A stretch of 64,000 nt of DNA, taken from an uncultured delta proteobacterium (GTDB lineage: Bacteria; Desulfobacterota; Desulfomonilia; UBA1062). Under the pieces are notes generated by a model. It had not been told where the DNA came from. It made no database searches and worked only from the letters and a program-made list of their open reading frames with translations. Location: the NCBI GenBank assembly GCA_963798485.1, contig CAWCTR010000010.1, forward strand, positions 32,001-96,000. The letters run 5' to 3'. Of this stretch, positions 9,781-20,723 are shown in pieces. Made by a program: the position numbers and the translations under genes. Position 1 is the stretch's first letter. Every line of letters starts with the position of its first letter.

Positions 9781-10524
9781 ATGAAAATTGCCTCAGGGGA
9801 TGTATTGGGGAGATTAATCCAAGGGCTTTCTGCGGGCCCCGCACATTCCGCCCAAAAAACTGCTGCCGGCCCGGAAGGTTTTTCACAGCTTCTGGAAGAA
9901 GTAGTGCAAGCGGCCTCAGAAGGCCCGGATACAAAGATCGATAAGGATAAGATCACTGTTATGCTTGAGCTCGTTAAGATGCAGATGAACCAGTCGGCCC
10001 TGAACTCATTTGGAGGTAATGATGGTGAGGATGACGGGGACAGTTTTCATTTCATGTCCGGCTTGACTGATATCCAGGGTACCCAACAGCAAGAGTCAAA
10101 TATCCGACAGCCTGAACCGCCTACCCGATCAATTCAGCCGCCTGCAGATATGGATGGCATAATTGACAAGGCATCTGCAACCTATGGGGTCGATAAGGGC
10201 CTCATTTCTTCGGTTATCCAGGCGGAGAGCGATTTTGATCCGAATGCCACCTCGCCTAAAGGCGCTATGGGGCTCATGCAGCTCATGCCTGACACGGCCA
10301 GGGGTCTGGGGGTGAGTAATGCCTACGACCCACAACAGAATGTCATGGCAGGCACCCGCTACCTGAAAAGTCTGTTGGACAGATATAACGGGGATGTAAA
10401 ACTGGCCCTGGCCGCCTATAACTGGGGCATGGGGAACCTGGAGCGCAGCACCGGGAACCTCCCTGAAGAGACACGGAACTATATCGCCCGGATCATGAAG
10501 AACTACGGTGTGGCAGAAGGATAG
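9781..10524 (+). CDS. Lytic transglycosylase (SLT domain)
   Basis: AES...GAMGLMQLMP, ALAAYNWG and ETRNY motifs. Confidence 0.92.
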   Translation: MKIASGDVLGRLIQGLSAGPAHSAQKTAAGPEGFSQLLEEVVQAASEGPDTKIDKDKITVMLELVKMQMNQSALNSFGGNDGEDDGDSFHFMSGLTDIQGTQQQESNIRQPEPPTRSIQPPADMDGIIDKASATYGVDKGLISSVIQAESDFDPNATSPKGAMGLMQLMPDTARGLGVSNAYDPQQNVMAGTRYLKSLLDRYNGDVKLALAAYNWGMGNLERSTGNLPEETRNYIARIMKNYGVAEG

Positions 10525-10540
10525 AGCTTATCATAACAGG

Positions 10541-11326
10541 TCACTGGCCCACTTTTATCAGCTCGTCCGTGACTGTATTCGTCACTGTGCCGTTGGAATA
10601 AACAATTGTAGAGTTAGAGACTTTCTTCACAAGCCCTGTACCTTTGCCGTACCATGAGGTTGCTGAGGTATCGCTGGTTTTGGTCTGACTATTCAGGGTA
10701 AAGGTGCAGGTAAATGATTCCAGGGTCTTTATGGTCTCGTATATACCGGCAGTAACTGTTACATTCTCAACTCCAAGGACCTTGATAGTATATTCAGTGG
10801 TCATGCTACCGAGCTTTTCGCCAAATATGCCCTGATCCGGGTCGGAATTGAGGAGATCCTCTGTACTGGATTGTGAATATTCCTCGCCAACAATCCAATC
10901 CGAGGGTACATTGCCGGTTAGGGTGGTGTGAACGGGCTCGTTACTGGTGAATATACTGAAATTATCGCTGATAACGGCATTACCGGCAGGGCTTTTATAC
11001 GTAACGGTATTGGGTGTGCCATTTATCGTAAGTGTCTCAATAGAATATGGTCCTGCAATAGCACCGGAATATCCATATTGACTGGGGATCGTGGCAATAG
11101 GAGTCGGTTCATAGCTATATACTAAGGTGGATGTCTGCGAACTCTGTTGTCCCCCTATTGTATCCACCTCTGTCTCCGTGAAGGTGTAGGTCTTGTTCAT
11201 GTCATCGCTGAGATAATCCGGGGAATAGATTGTCTCGGCCCCTCCACCGCTAGTCCCGCCTCCACCACCGCAGGCAAAGAGGATGATCCCGATCAGGATA
11301 GAGAGGAGGAAGGTGCGGTTTTTCAT
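10541..11326 (-). CDS. Hypothetical lipoprotein
   Basis: LFAC lipobox followed by a Gly run; beta-rich C-terminus with VTVTAGIYET and WYGKGTGLVK. Confidence 0.7.
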   Translation of the reverse strand: MKNRTFLLSILIGIILFACGGGGGTSGGGAETIYSPDYLSDDMNKTYTFTETEVDTIGGQQSSQTSTLVYSYEPTPIATIPSQYGYSGAIAGPYSIETLTINGTPNTVTYKSPAGNAVISDNFSIFTSNEPVHTTLTGNVPSDWIVGEEYSQSSTEDLLNSDPDQGIFGEKLGSMTTEYTIKVLGVENVTVTAGIYETIKTLESFTCTFTLNSQTKTSDTSATSWYGKGTGLVKKVSNSTIVYSNGTVTNTVTDELIKVGQ

Positions 11327-11453
11327 AGTTGTTCCCCTTGAGAATGACATAGTCTCTTCATCGTCATTAAGGAGGTAAAACATGACAGGGACAAAGCGTC
11401 AGGTGTTATTAGTTTAAGTTCTCTAACAAGGATTTGATTCCTCGCAGAATGCC

Positions 11454-12245
11454 TCAGGTGACCTTTGCCCTGGCAATAATCCGGTTGAAGATGCCGGGCA
11501 CAAAACGGTTAAGATATACACCGAGCAGTTCTTTTCCCCCAATGAGTACCTCGTCTTTGCCTTGTTCTACGGCCTGGATTATCTTCTCGGCGCATACCTC
11601 AGGCGTCATTCCGTCGGCCTGGGCGTCATCCATGACCCCGTGACAGGACCCGTCTGCACACAGGGCGTTTATTGAGATATTGGTGCGGATAAATCCCGGG
11701 CATACGATGAGGACCTTGATGCCCTTTGCAGATAACTCGGCGCGCAAGGAGTCAAAGAAACCGTGTAATGCGTGCTTGGATGCGGAATAAGTCGAGCGCA
11801 AGGGCGTACCCAATTTGCCCACCAGGCTGCTGATGACAATGATATGGCCGGAACCTCTTTCGAGCATGGACGGCAGGACTGACTTGGTTAAGGCCACCGT
11901 ACCGAAGAAGTTGGTCTCCATGATCCTACGGTCAGTATCAAGGCTGGTCTGGAGGGCAAATGACCGCTGAGATATGCCGCCGTTGTTGATGAGCATGTCT
12001 ATGCGGCCGAATTTATCAAGAACGGTTCGGACGGAATCGGAATATATCGAGGAATCGGCAAGGTCCAAAGGGAGCACGAGGTGATGTTCAGGGGATGAAC
12101 ACCGGTCTTTCACCTCATTCAACCTTTTTGTGTTGCGTGCAGAAACAATGAGATGCGCACCCTTGCCGGCAAAGGCATAGGCCATGGCCTCGCCTATCCC
12201 TGAAGATGCCCCCGTGATCCAGATGACTTTATCGTTGAAAGACAT
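11454..12245 (-). CDS. Short-chain dehydrogenase/reductase
   Basis: TGASSGIG, NNGG and YSASK motifs. Confidence 0.93.
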   Translation of the reverse strand: MSFNDKVIWITGASSGIGEAMAYAFAGKGAHLIVSARNTKRLNEVKDRCSSPEHHLVLPLDLADSSIYSDSVRTVLDKFGRIDMLINNGGISQRSFALQTSLDTDRRIMETNFFGTVALTKSVLPSMLERGSGHIIVISSLVGKLGTPLRSTYSASKHALHGFFDSLRAELSAKGIKVLIVCPGFIRTNISINALCADGSCHGVMDDAQADGMTPEVCAEKIIQAVEQGKDEVLIGGKELLGVYLNRFVPGIFNRIIARAKVT

Positions 12246-12271
12246 GGACTGGCCTCCTTTTATCGAGATCC

Positions 12272-12562
12272 TTACTTGTCTGATTCTTTTTCTCCCTGAG
12301 TGCCCTTACCCTCGCTGGCGGTATCACCTTTTGTTTCTTTATCCATTTTAAGCAGGCGCCTGGCCTCTTCCTTCATGGCCTGGTCGATGTTTTTCTTCAT
12401 CTCTTCACCCTTTTTAACCGCCTCGCCGCCCATAGCCTTATTAATGGTGTCGGCGATCGTCTTTTTTGCATCGCTGCCGTCGCAGGCTGCAAAGATAAGG
12501 GCACAGATACAGGCAAGGACCACAATCATATAGGGAAAAGTCTTTCCGAACAGGTCTTTCAT
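12272..12562 (-). CDS. Small hypothetical lipoprotein
   Basis: Hydrophobic N-terminus ending FAAC; GGAGGT RBS. Confidence 0.65.
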   Translation of the reverse strand: MKDLFGKTFPYMIVVLACICALIFAACDGSDAKKTIADTINKAMGGEAVKKGEEMKKNIDQAMKEEARRLLKMDKETKGDTASEGKGTQGEKESDK

Positions 12563-12603
12563 GCTTACCTCCCTTGTCGCTTGGTTTTCAAAGATTCAAT
12601 TTT

Positions 12604-12912
12604 TTACCTGGACTGTCCGAATTCATCGAGGACCCTTTTGATCTGCACCGGGTCCACCTCCCGCATAATGACGCCGATATACTGCTTCTGTCTTCGCCTG
12701 GCCCCATGGGTACTCATTTTTTTCATGGATATGACTGCATCTACGAGTTCATGTGGGATGCCGGCATTCTTTAAATAGGCATTAGGCAGGGTCACGAGCT
12801 GTTCTCCAAGCTTCTGCAGCTCCATCATCTCCTTTTTGAGCCTCGTCTTGCTCTTTGGTGCTTCCAGCTCAGGCGGCATCTGTTCATGAATGGGATCGTA
12901 TTCGCGTTTCAC
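12604..12912 (-). CDS. darP: Ribosome biogenesis factor DarP/YjgA (DUF615), short form
   Basis: KSKTRLKKEMMELQKLGEQL and HGARRRQKQYIGVIMR. The GTG start at 12912 follows an AGAGGA RBS. Confidence 0.75.
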   Translation of the reverse strand: MKREYDPIHEQMPPELEAPKSKTRLKKEMMELQKLGEQLVTLPNAYLKNAGIPHELVDAVISMKKMSTHGARRRQKQYIGVIMREVDPVQIKRVLDEFGQSR

Positions 12913-12929
12913 GGTAATTGCTTCCTCTT

Positions 12930-14612
12930 TTATCCGGTCAGGATATCCTTCTGCCTCTTCTTGCATACCGGGTCTTTTTCTACAAATATCTTTTCACCGG
13001 TGAATGGGTCCAACCCTGTGTAGTACATGAGGGTGGAGTAGGTGGATGGGGTGGGAGTGAAGATCTGCACCTGTTCAGGGTTCAGCTTAAGGTTCTTATC
13101 AACAAAAGATCTGAGCCCTTTCATGTCCATTTCGGTGCAGCCCGGATGCGCTACGAGGAAGTAATAGGTGAGAAACTGCTTCTTGCCTTTCTGGCCTGAA
13201 ACCTTCAAGAAACGATTCCTGAAATCAAGCAGCGTGGCCATGCCCGCCTTGCCCATCTTGCTAAGCACACCCTGAACAGTATGTTCGGGCGCCAGTTTCA
13301 TCTGTCCGGACACATGATGTTCTGCAAGCTCTCTCAAATAGGCATCCCCATAGTGTTTGTCTGCGCATACCAGGTCATGACGGATGCCTGAGCTCACAAA
13401 TGCCTTTTTAATGCCCGGGATAGCCCTGAGTCTTTCTAAGAGATGTTGCTGCCGGTTATGATTTATGCCCAGATGGGTGCAAATATCCGGGTACAGGCAT
13501 CTCCGGCGGCTGCATATACCTCTGTGCTTGTTCACTGTGCATGCAAATCCATACATGTTCGCTGTCGGCCCCCCCACATCTTGTATGTAACCCTTGAACT
13601 TGGGGTGTGATGTAAGCCTTTTGGCCTCGGCAATGATGGATACTTCGCTGCGGGAGATCACGCATGTGCCTTCATGCATGGAGATAGCGCAGAAGTTGCA
13701 TTGACCCAAGCAGCCCCTGTGGGTGGTGATGGAAAACCGTATGGTTTCTATTGCCTTCACCTCGCCAAGGGCTTGTTCGTGAGGGTGCACCTCCCGCTCA
13801 AAATCGAGCTCATAGACAGAGTCCAGTTCATTCTCTGTCAAAAGAGGCCACGGCTTATTATGAACCAGGTATCGGTCGCCATGTCTCTGGCAGACGTTGT
13901 TGCCTGTGAGGGGGTCGTTATTCTGGTAGAAGCAGTGGAACATCTCGATGAAGGCGTTCACGTCCTTTACAACATCTTCGTATGAGGGCAGTTCGATTGC
14001 GTCTTGGGGCTTATCTCTACTGATGAAGCAGATGCCCCTCATATCCTTGTAGCCTTCACCCGAACTCAAAGCGCGGGCCAGTTCTACGACCGGGTACTCC
14101 CCCATGCCGTAGACCAGGATGTCGGCCTTTGCATCGAAGAGGATGGAGCGCCTGATACTGTCCGACCAGAAATCATAGTGCGCAATGCGTCGCAGGCTTG
14201 CCTCGATTCCGCCGAGCACGAGGGGTTTCTTTTTTTTTGAGCATTGCCTGATGAGGTTTGCATATACGATAACCGCCCTATCCGGCCTTTTTGTGTTCAA
14301 ACCTCCAGGGGTATAGTCATCGGATTTCCGTCTTTTTTTTAAAGGGGTGTAATTGGCCACCATGGAGTCGATGCTGCCACCGGTAATGCCCCAGAACAAT
14401 GCCGGCTCCCCGAGCCTCATGATGTCAATCGAAGACGTGGTGTCCGGCTGGGATATGATACCCACGCGGTACCCAGCCTTGAGCAGTGCCTTGCCTACCA
14501 CCGCGACCCCGATATGGGGGCTGTCGATGTAGGCGTCTCCGGTGACCAGGATGACATCGAGTCCGTCCCAGCCAAGGGTCTTCATTTCCTGAATGGTTGT
14601 AGGGAGAAACAT
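12930..14612 (-). CDS. YgiQ family radical SAM protein (UPF0313)
   Basis: MFLPTT...VTGDAYIDSP, CLGQCNFC, GGPTANMY and QVQIFTPTP motifs. Confidence 0.92.
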   Translation of the reverse strand: MFLPTTIQEMKTLGWDGLDVILVTGDAYIDSPHIGVAVVGKALLKAGYRVGIISQPDTTSSIDIMRLGEPALFWGITGGSIDSMVANYTPLKKRRKSDDYTPGGLNTKRPDRAVIVYANLIRQCSKKKKPLVLGGIEASLRRIAHYDFWSDSIRRSILFDAKADILVYGMGEYPVVELARALSSGEGYKDMRGICFISRDKPQDAIELPSYEDVVKDVNAFIEMFHCFYQNNDPLTGNNVCQRHGDRYLVHNKPWPLLTENELDSVYELDFEREVHPHEQALGEVKAIETIRFSITTHRGCLGQCNFCAISMHEGTCVISRSEVSIIAEAKRLTSHPKFKGYIQDVGGPTANMYGFACTVNKHRGICSRRRCLYPDICTHLGINHNRQQHLLERLRAIPGIKKAFVSSGIRHDLVCADKHYGDAYLRELAEHHVSGQMKLAPEHTVQGVLSKMGKAGMATLLDFRNRFLKVSGQKGKKQFLTYYFLVAHPGCTEMDMKGLRSFVDKNLKLNPEQVQIFTPTPSTYSTLMYYTGLDPFTGEKIFVEKDPVCKKRQKDILTG

Positions 14613-14650
14613 ATGATTGCGCTAAAGGATAGCACAGGGGCCTTAATTTC

Positions 14651-15520
14651 TCAAACCAAGTGGAAGAGTGCCCAGTCCGAGGTAAGCTCCATCACGACAT
14701 TTTTATTTCTGTCCATATGCCCCAAATGGCCATTGCCCGGGACGATGCAGATATGTTTTACGCACCTCAGCGCGCCAAAGAGCAGGTGTGCTGTCTCAAC
14801 AGGGTCCACCTTATCATCCTCACCATGGATGACGAGCGTGGGGACTGTTATCAGGTGAACCCGTTTTAGGGTATCCACAATGAGTGAGGGGGTGGCACCC
14901 GGGACAGGGAAGGCAGACCACATTTCCAAGACCCTTGGGTTTTCCTTCCACCTTCGATTGACTTGTGGGTCTGATGCCACCTCTACCTTCGAAAATGGCC
15001 CCACCATAGAGAGCCTCAGATCCTCTTTCGTGATAAGGCGTTTGATCCTTCCGAGGACATCAAGGATATTCATCCCGAGATGTTCTGCCCGGGACAATGT
15101 ATTTCTCACGGTAGCATCCAAGGTAATGATACAGTGTATCCTGCTGTCGAGGAGTGCCGCCTCGAGAACGGCCGTCCCCCCTGAAGAGAGGCCGAAGACG
15201 CCGATGGAGTTTCCATTAATCTCCGGCATCTGTTCGAGGAAGTCTATGGCGCACCTGATATCCTTTACCCAGTCTTTGATATTGACGTGAAAGCGCTTCC
15301 CCCCGCTTGCACCATGACCATGCATGTCTATGGCCAGGGAGGCAATGCCTTTGCCTGCAAGGTATTCGCAGAGATCGAAGTAGTTTTCCTTGAAGTCCAG
15401 TGCCCCATGGCAAATGATGAGCGCCGGTAACGGTATGTCTGCGTCCGGAATAAACATGGTTCCGGAGATTGTATCAGGGCCTGAAAGGAATGATACATCA
15501 GTTCTGCGCATGAGCTTCAT
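14651..15520 (-). CDS. Alpha/beta hydrolase
   Basis: HG oxyanion motif, GLSSGG nucleophile elbow, HGEDD and GH catalytic motifs. Confidence 0.85.
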   Translation of the reverse strand: MKLMRRTDVSFLSGPDTISGTMFIPDADIPLPALIICHGALDFKENYFDLCEYLAGKGIASLAIDMHGHGASGGKRFHVNIKDWVKDIRCAIDFLEQMPEINGNSIGVFGLSSGGTAVLEAALLDSRIHCIITLDATVRNTLSRAEHLGMNILDVLGRIKRLITKEDLRLSMVGPFSKVEVASDPQVNRRWKENPRVLEMWSAFPVPGATPSLIVDTLKRVHLITVPTLVIHGEDDKVDPVETAHLLFGALRCVKHICIVPGNGHLGHMDRNKNVVMELTSDWALFHLV

Positions 15521-15587
15521 CGTCAATCACCGGTATGAGGGCAGGTGAATATATATTAGATCCGCCTGCTTCAAAGACACACTCAGA

Positions 15588-16919
15588 CTAGACCGCTGAC
15601 TGGCTGGAGGTCGCAGCGCTGCTTGTGGAATTGATGTAACTCCTGATACCCTCTGCAATAGTCTGGCAGGTCCACAGACGTTTTTCATCGTTCATTTCAA
15701 GCAAGGTAATCCTGAAGCCTTTTCTATCACAGCAGAATCCGGTAAGAGGCACTACACAGATACCCGTAGAGCCCAGGAGATAATAAACGAAGCGCTTGTC
15801 GACCTCTACCCCCTTGACCTTGTTCTCAATGTATTCCAAGGCCTTAGAGTTAGAGATGGGCAACGTCTGCCGGTTGTTCAGTGCTCCATCATCGAAGAGG
15901 ACCGACATGTAGAAGGCCCCCTGGGGCTTGTTCACCCTTATCCCTTCGACTCGTGAAAAGATATCCCATGCCTCTTGTGCCCTTTTCTCGTACATTAACC
16001 TCCTGGAAGTGAGATGCCCCTCATAGCGAGGGTCACCCATGACCAGAGGGATGGAATATTGAGGCAGGCTCGTGGAGCAGACTTCCAGCATCTTGGCATT
16101 GATGAGACTTTTGATATATCGCTTGAAATGAAGTTTATCCTGATTAAAAACCTCAATCCACCCGCACCGGGCCCCCGGCCAGGGAAATTCCTTGGATATG
16201 CCCCGAAGGGCAATACCCGGAACGTCTGCAATAACCTCACTCAAATGGGCTGTCTCGGCGCCGCCATAGACGAGTTTGTTATAGGTCTCATCGCAGACCA
16301 TAAACACCTTATAGCGTCTGGCTATCTCCACCATCTTGCGAAGAAGTTCTCTGGGGTAAACAGCACCGGTGGGATTGTCCGGGTTAATAATGAGAATGCC
16401 TGCGATGGAGTCGTTGTATTTAATCTTATTCTCCAGATCAACAAGGTCCGGCATCCATCGGTTGTTCGGATCGAGTTCGTAGGTGAGGTGCTCATACCCC
16501 GAGTGGGCCGCCTCGGCGGAGGAATGTGTGGAATAAGCGGGAGACGGGCCGATCACCCTCGCTTCGCGTTTCAGATAGCCGAATATCTTGGCAATGGCGT
16601 CGCCGATACCGTCGAAGAAGATGATGTCATCCTTGGTTACCTGGTAGCCGCCACGTTTATTCACCATTTCTGCGAGAAACTGGCGTGACGATGCAACACC
16701 CTGAGTGGCCACATACCCATAGGTTTTATCCTCAGAGGCCAGCTTGATAATGATATCCTTGATCCACTGGGGGATTTTCTCACCTTTGGCGATGGGGTCG
16801 CCGATGTTCTCCCAAGTGATCTCCACACCAAGCCTCTGGAGGTCTTCGGCTACGGCAACGATCTGCCGGATTTCATAGGTGAGCTGTTCCGCTCCTTCAT
16901 GTACTATATTTCTTCTCAT
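15588..16919 (-). CDS. PLP-dependent aminotransferase class I/II
   Basis: NIGDP, NPDNPTG, DETY and ISKEFPWPGARCG motifs. Confidence 0.9.
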   Translation of the reverse strand: MRRNIVHEGAEQLTYEIRQIVAVAEDLQRLGVEITWENIGDPIAKGEKIPQWIKDIIIKLASEDKTYGYVATQGVASSRQFLAEMVNKRGGYQVTKDDIIFFDGIGDAIAKIFGYLKREARVIGPSPAYSTHSSAEAAHSGYEHLTYELDPNNRWMPDLVDLENKIKYNDSIAGILIINPDNPTGAVYPRELLRKMVEIARRYKVFMVCDETYNKLVYGGAETAHLSEVIADVPGIALRGISKEFPWPGARCGWIEVFNQDKLHFKRYIKSLINAKMLEVCSTSLPQYSIPLVMGDPRYEGHLTSRRLMYEKRAQEAWDIFSRVEGIRVNKPQGAFYMSVLFDDGALNNRQTLPISNSKALEYIENKVKGVEVDKRFVYYLLGSTGICVVPLTGFCCDRKGFRITLLEMNDEKRLWTCQTIAEGIRSYINSTSSAATSSQSAV

Positions 16920-17080
16920 GGTCGTTGTCTCCCCTTAGCCTGAATTTTCAGGCCGATAAGCCTATTCAGGGGGTATCTTTCTTTCGATACATAAACAAAA
17001 GACCCGGCAAATGCAATGTGTTTCTTTAAACATAATCCTCCATGTTGGTCTTCCATATGACAGAGTATAAACAAGATTTC

Positions 17081-18529
17081 TCATGAGCGGGTAATAGATG
17101 GCAAGAGAGGCACTAAATCCTTATCAACAGAATTATTATCTTGCGAAGGAGTTGCCTTATCCCAGAGTTCCATCTTGATAAATACATCCACACAGTCTGG
17201 ACAGAGTTGGCTGCCGCTTACCTGCTGGATGATGGCCAGGGCTTGGTCCTTTGGCATACCTGCCCTGTATGGACGGTCGCTTGTAAGCGCATGGTATGTA
17301 TCTCCAACAGCGGTGATTCTTGCCCAAAGAGGTATCGATGAACCCTGGAGTCCCTCCGGATAGCCTTTCCCATCAAAACGTTCATGGTGATAGAGAACTA
17401 TCGGGATGATCGGTGCAAGAGAAGGGACAGGCCTTAGAATCTCCGCACCGATGACAGGGTGTTTTTTGATAATGGCGAACTCTTCATCCGTGAGCTTGCC
17501 GGGCTTGAGCAACACGCTGTCGATAACACCGATCTTGCCAAGGTCGTGCAGTTTGCCCCCAAGCCGGATAAGCTCGATCTCCTTTTCACAGATGCCCATC
17601 TGAAATGCAATCTTGGTGGCGATATCGGATACTGCCTCAGAATGGCCCCTGGTGTAGGAATCTCTGGCCTCCAGTGCGTTGCATAGGCTCGTAATACTTG
17701 CCAGGATAAGCCTCTGCTCGATTTCGAGACGCTCCTTCTCCTTCTGGAGGAGCAGGAGCTGGTCAGAGAGAAGTTTTTCAATCGTTATTACAAGCTGTTC
17801 AACATTAAATGGTTTCACGAGATAAGAATCAGCCCCGAGCTGGAGCATACGCCTCATAATAGGTCGCTGGTTGTTTGCGCTCATAACCACAAAGGGTATG
17901 GTGGCGAGTACAGGGTCGGCGTGAACGGCCTGACAGAAGGCCTCGCCATTCATCTCAGGCATGACGATGTCGCTGAGAATAAGATCGGGTTTTTTGTGCC
18001 GAAGGAGGTCTAAGGCTACTTTACCGTTTTCTGCCTGGATGATGGTAAACCCCACATCTTTGAGGCTCTTGCTGACCAGGGAACGAACCGTAAGAGAATC
18101 ATCCACGACCAGTATCAAACGTCCCCTCTGGAAGGTTGCCTTGAGGAGCACGTTCCCAATTGCATCGAGCAGGGCCTCTTTTGTCTGCGATTTTGGAATA
18201 CAGGCGGTTGCCCCTGCATGATATCCTCTCTGGATGCCGTCTTCGGTATTGAGTGAGTCGAGAATGATAACGGGTATCTGTTGGGTCTTCTGGTTTGTCT
18301 TTATCTTTCTACACAGCTCGATACCGCCGATCTTGGGAAGGTCGTCCTCGGCAATCACAAGGTCGATATCCCCCGATGATATATAGCCAAATGCTTGTTC
18401 GCCATCATCGGCTAGCGTTATGAGCGCACCTGACTTACCGAGTTCTCCTGAAAGGAACCTCCGGACTACTGCACTTGAATCTGCAACGAGGATATGGATA
18501 CCCTTCGGTAGGTCAAGGTTGTTCGTCAT
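17081..18529 (-). CDS. Dual-receiver HD-GYP c-di-GMP phosphodiesterase
   Basis: Two receiver domains, then YTRGHS, LHDLGKIG, HHERFDGKGYP and DRPYR. Confidence 0.92.
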   Translation of the reverse strand: MTNNLDLPKGIHILVADSSAVVRRFLSGELGKSGALITLADDGEQAFGYISSGDIDLVIAEDDLPKIGGIELCRKIKTNQKTQQIPVIILDSLNTEDGIQRGYHAGATACIPKSQTKEALLDAIGNVLLKATFQRGRLILVVDDSLTVRSLVSKSLKDVGFTIIQAENGKVALDLLRHKKPDLILSDIVMPEMNGEAFCQAVHADPVLATIPFVVMSANNQRPIMRRMLQLGADSYLVKPFNVEQLVITIEKLLSDQLLLLQKEKERLEIEQRLILASITSLCNALEARDSYTRGHSEAVSDIATKIAFQMGICEKEIELIRLGGKLHDLGKIGVIDSVLLKPGKLTDEEFAIIKKHPVIGAEILRPVPSLAPIIPIVLYHHERFDGKGYPEGLQGSSIPLWARITAVGDTYHALTSDRPYRAGMPKDQALAIIQQVSGSQLCPDCVDVFIKMELWDKATPSQDNNSVDKDLVPLLPSITRS

Positions 18530-18752
18530 ATCCTCATCTCAAAAACCTGATAAGACACTTGTTATCACTATACTTTTCATGTCAAACCTTATAGAGGCAC
18601 AATTTATCCACACCTCTTTTCCCCTATCGGAAAAAAAATGCGGTTTCATGAGATAAAGTCATTTAATGAAAAAGACTTATAAAGAGAAAGACCGCCTCTT
18701 CTTACATCCATAGAGGTCCGGCAGGCAAGTGCCCGTTGTAAGGAGTCAATGT

Positions 18753-19817
18753 TTATACATCCCGGGGTATTGTCTGGCCTATCCTTGTCTTGAGGACGGC
18801 ATGGAGAAGTGTCGCCAGAGGAATGGCAAAGACCAGGCCCCAGAAGCCCCAAAGTCCACCAAAGATAAGGATTGAGATGATGATCGCTACAGGGTGGATC
18901 TTAACGACTTTTGAGAGGAGAAGTGGTGCGATAATATTCCCGTCAAGTGCATGCAGGAAGGCATAAGCTATGATGAGATAGATCATATTTGCCCCGAGGC
19001 CCCACTGGAAAAATCCTATCATGATCGTTGGAATAAACAGGACTGCGGCGCCTATATAGGGGACCAGAACGGCCAACCCAATGAACAGTGACATGATCAC
19101 TGAATATTTCAATCCGAGAAGTGCAAAGGCTGCATAATTAATACTCCATACAAAGAGTATCTCGAGTATTTTACCCCTGAGGTAGTTGAAAAACTGCTTG
19201 TAGACCTCTTCCCACACCTTTATTGCCAATCCGCGTTCCTCTGGGAGATGTATCCGTATCCAATCTAGGATGAGTTCTTTATCCTTGAGGAAGAAGAATA
19301 CGAGGAAGGGTACTAGGATCAAATAGATAATGATTCCGATTATCCCCCGGACAGAATAAACGGATATCTGAATGATGCTCTTTCCAAGATTGTCGAACCC
19401 GGTATCCGGCAGCGCAATGACCTGGTTGATCCTCTCTTCGGAGATGACACCAGGGAATTTTTGTGGAAGGAAGAGCAACTCGCTTTTTATCCTCAATAGT
19501 ATGGATGGCAGATCGTGTGCAAGCTGGCCTATCTGGTGGGAGATCAGGGGGAGCAGGATAACCAGCAGGTCCAGGAACAGGGCCAGAAAGAGCAAAAATA
19601 CAAGATAGACACCTGCTTGGCGACGCACATGATAGCGTTTTAGCCATTCAATTATGTTGTCCAACAGTAGCGCTATGATGATGGACACAAACACCGGCAT
19701 GAGCATCTTGCCGAATATAAAGATAAGGAAGAATCCGACCAGGATAAAAATAATGAGGATCATGAACTGCGGGTCAGAAAAATACTGATTATGCCATCTG
19801 CGTAGGACTTGCTTCAT
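18753..19817 (-). CDS. AI-2E family transporter (PerM-like)
   Basis: Multi-TM protein with LVPYIG and IHPVAIIISILIFGGLWGFWGLVFAIPL. Confidence 0.88.
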   Translation of the reverse strand: MKQVLRRWHNQYFSDPQFMILIIFILVGFFLIFIFGKMLMPVFVSIIIALLLDNIIEWLKRYHVRRQAGVYLVFLLFLALFLDLLVILLPLISHQIGQLAHDLPSILLRIKSELLFLPQKFPGVISEERINQVIALPDTGFDNLGKSIIQISVYSVRGIIGIIIYLILVPFLVFFFLKDKELILDWIRIHLPEERGLAIKVWEEVYKQFFNYLRGKILEILFVWSINYAAFALLGLKYSVIMSLFIGLAVLVPYIGAAVLFIPTIMIGFFQWGLGANMIYLIIAYAFLHALDGNIIAPLLLSKVVKIHPVAIIISILIFGGLWGFWGLVFAIPLATLLHAVLKTRIGQTIPRDV

Positions 19818-19894
19818 TTTGCCTCAACGCTAAAAATCTCTAAGGTGATGAAAACATAATGTAGAGTATTCAAAATTGGGAAGGGAGAATAGTA

Positions 19895-19937
19895 TGCAGA
19901 GGGCTCGGGGGCAAAGCAGCCCCTCGAGCCCTCTGCA
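19895..19937. terminator. GC-rich hairpin downstream of the chalcone-isomerase-like gene
   Basis: TGCAGAGGGCTCG...CGAGCCCTCTGCA inverted repeat; no clear U-tract. Confidence 0.55.
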
Positions 19938-19951
19938 GGCAGTTTCAAAAC

Positions 19952-20515
19952 CTACTTGCCGAGCATAGCCTCTTTCAACGATTCCTGGGCAGGTTTGTTG
20001 CAGAGCCAGATGCCGAACAGGGCCTTTTTAAAATCAAGTCCCTGGATCGTAGAAACCATCTGCCCATTCTTATACATCTCTACACCCTTGCCGGGCACAT
20101 AGACAAAATCATAGACAATGCCAGAGGCAATCTCTTTGAAGACAGCGGTAAAGGCATCAATCTTGGCCTTGATCGGGGCGACATTCCCGCCGGTGGAGTT
20201 CTCGAAACCTTCATTGATAGCATTTTTCATCTTGTCGGCGGTTACCAGTCCGGATGTAACCTGCAGCTTGATGGCCATAGGCTCGTCAGCATCGATGATC
20301 TTCTGGGCATCATTATCCTTCTGCTTGAGATACAGGGCTGCCACATACACCTTCATCATAAACTTGGTGCGTTTGGCGCCGCCATTGAAAACAAGATCCT
20401 GTCCTCCGGCCTTGATGGTGTCAGGCATCTTGATACCGGCCACATCTATGGCAAAAGCCGATGTGGATAAAAAGAGCATTGCGAACAGTATGACAAAAGC
20501 TTTCCTTAGAATCAT
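19952..20515 (-). CDS. Secreted chalcone isomerase-like protein
   Basis: Signal peptide; LVFNGGAKR..KVYVAALYL; FKKALFGIWL..P. Confidence 0.85.
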   Translation of the reverse strand: MILRKAFVILFAMLFLSTSAFAIDVAGIKMPDTIKAGGQDLVFNGGAKRTKFMMKVYVAALYLKQKDNDAQKIIDADEPMAIKLQVTSGLVTADKMKNAINEGFENSTGGNVAPIKAKIDAFTAVFKEIASGIVYDFVYVPGKGVEMYKNGQMVSTIQGLDFKKALFGIWLCNKPAQESLKEAMLGK

Positions 20516-20723
20516 ATTACCCTCCTCGTTATATTGGGATTACCGCTTACGGGATAAGCGTCAACATAGCACATATGCAACGGGCTTGAGTATAGTAAAC
20601 TCAATACCCATACTGCATGTATTCTTAATACCTCGATACTGCAATTATTATCAAGAAGGAAACACATGCACCTTGTTGAACGGCCCTGGTAGTTATTTCC
20701 ATTCGGTTAAACCCGGGCATAGG

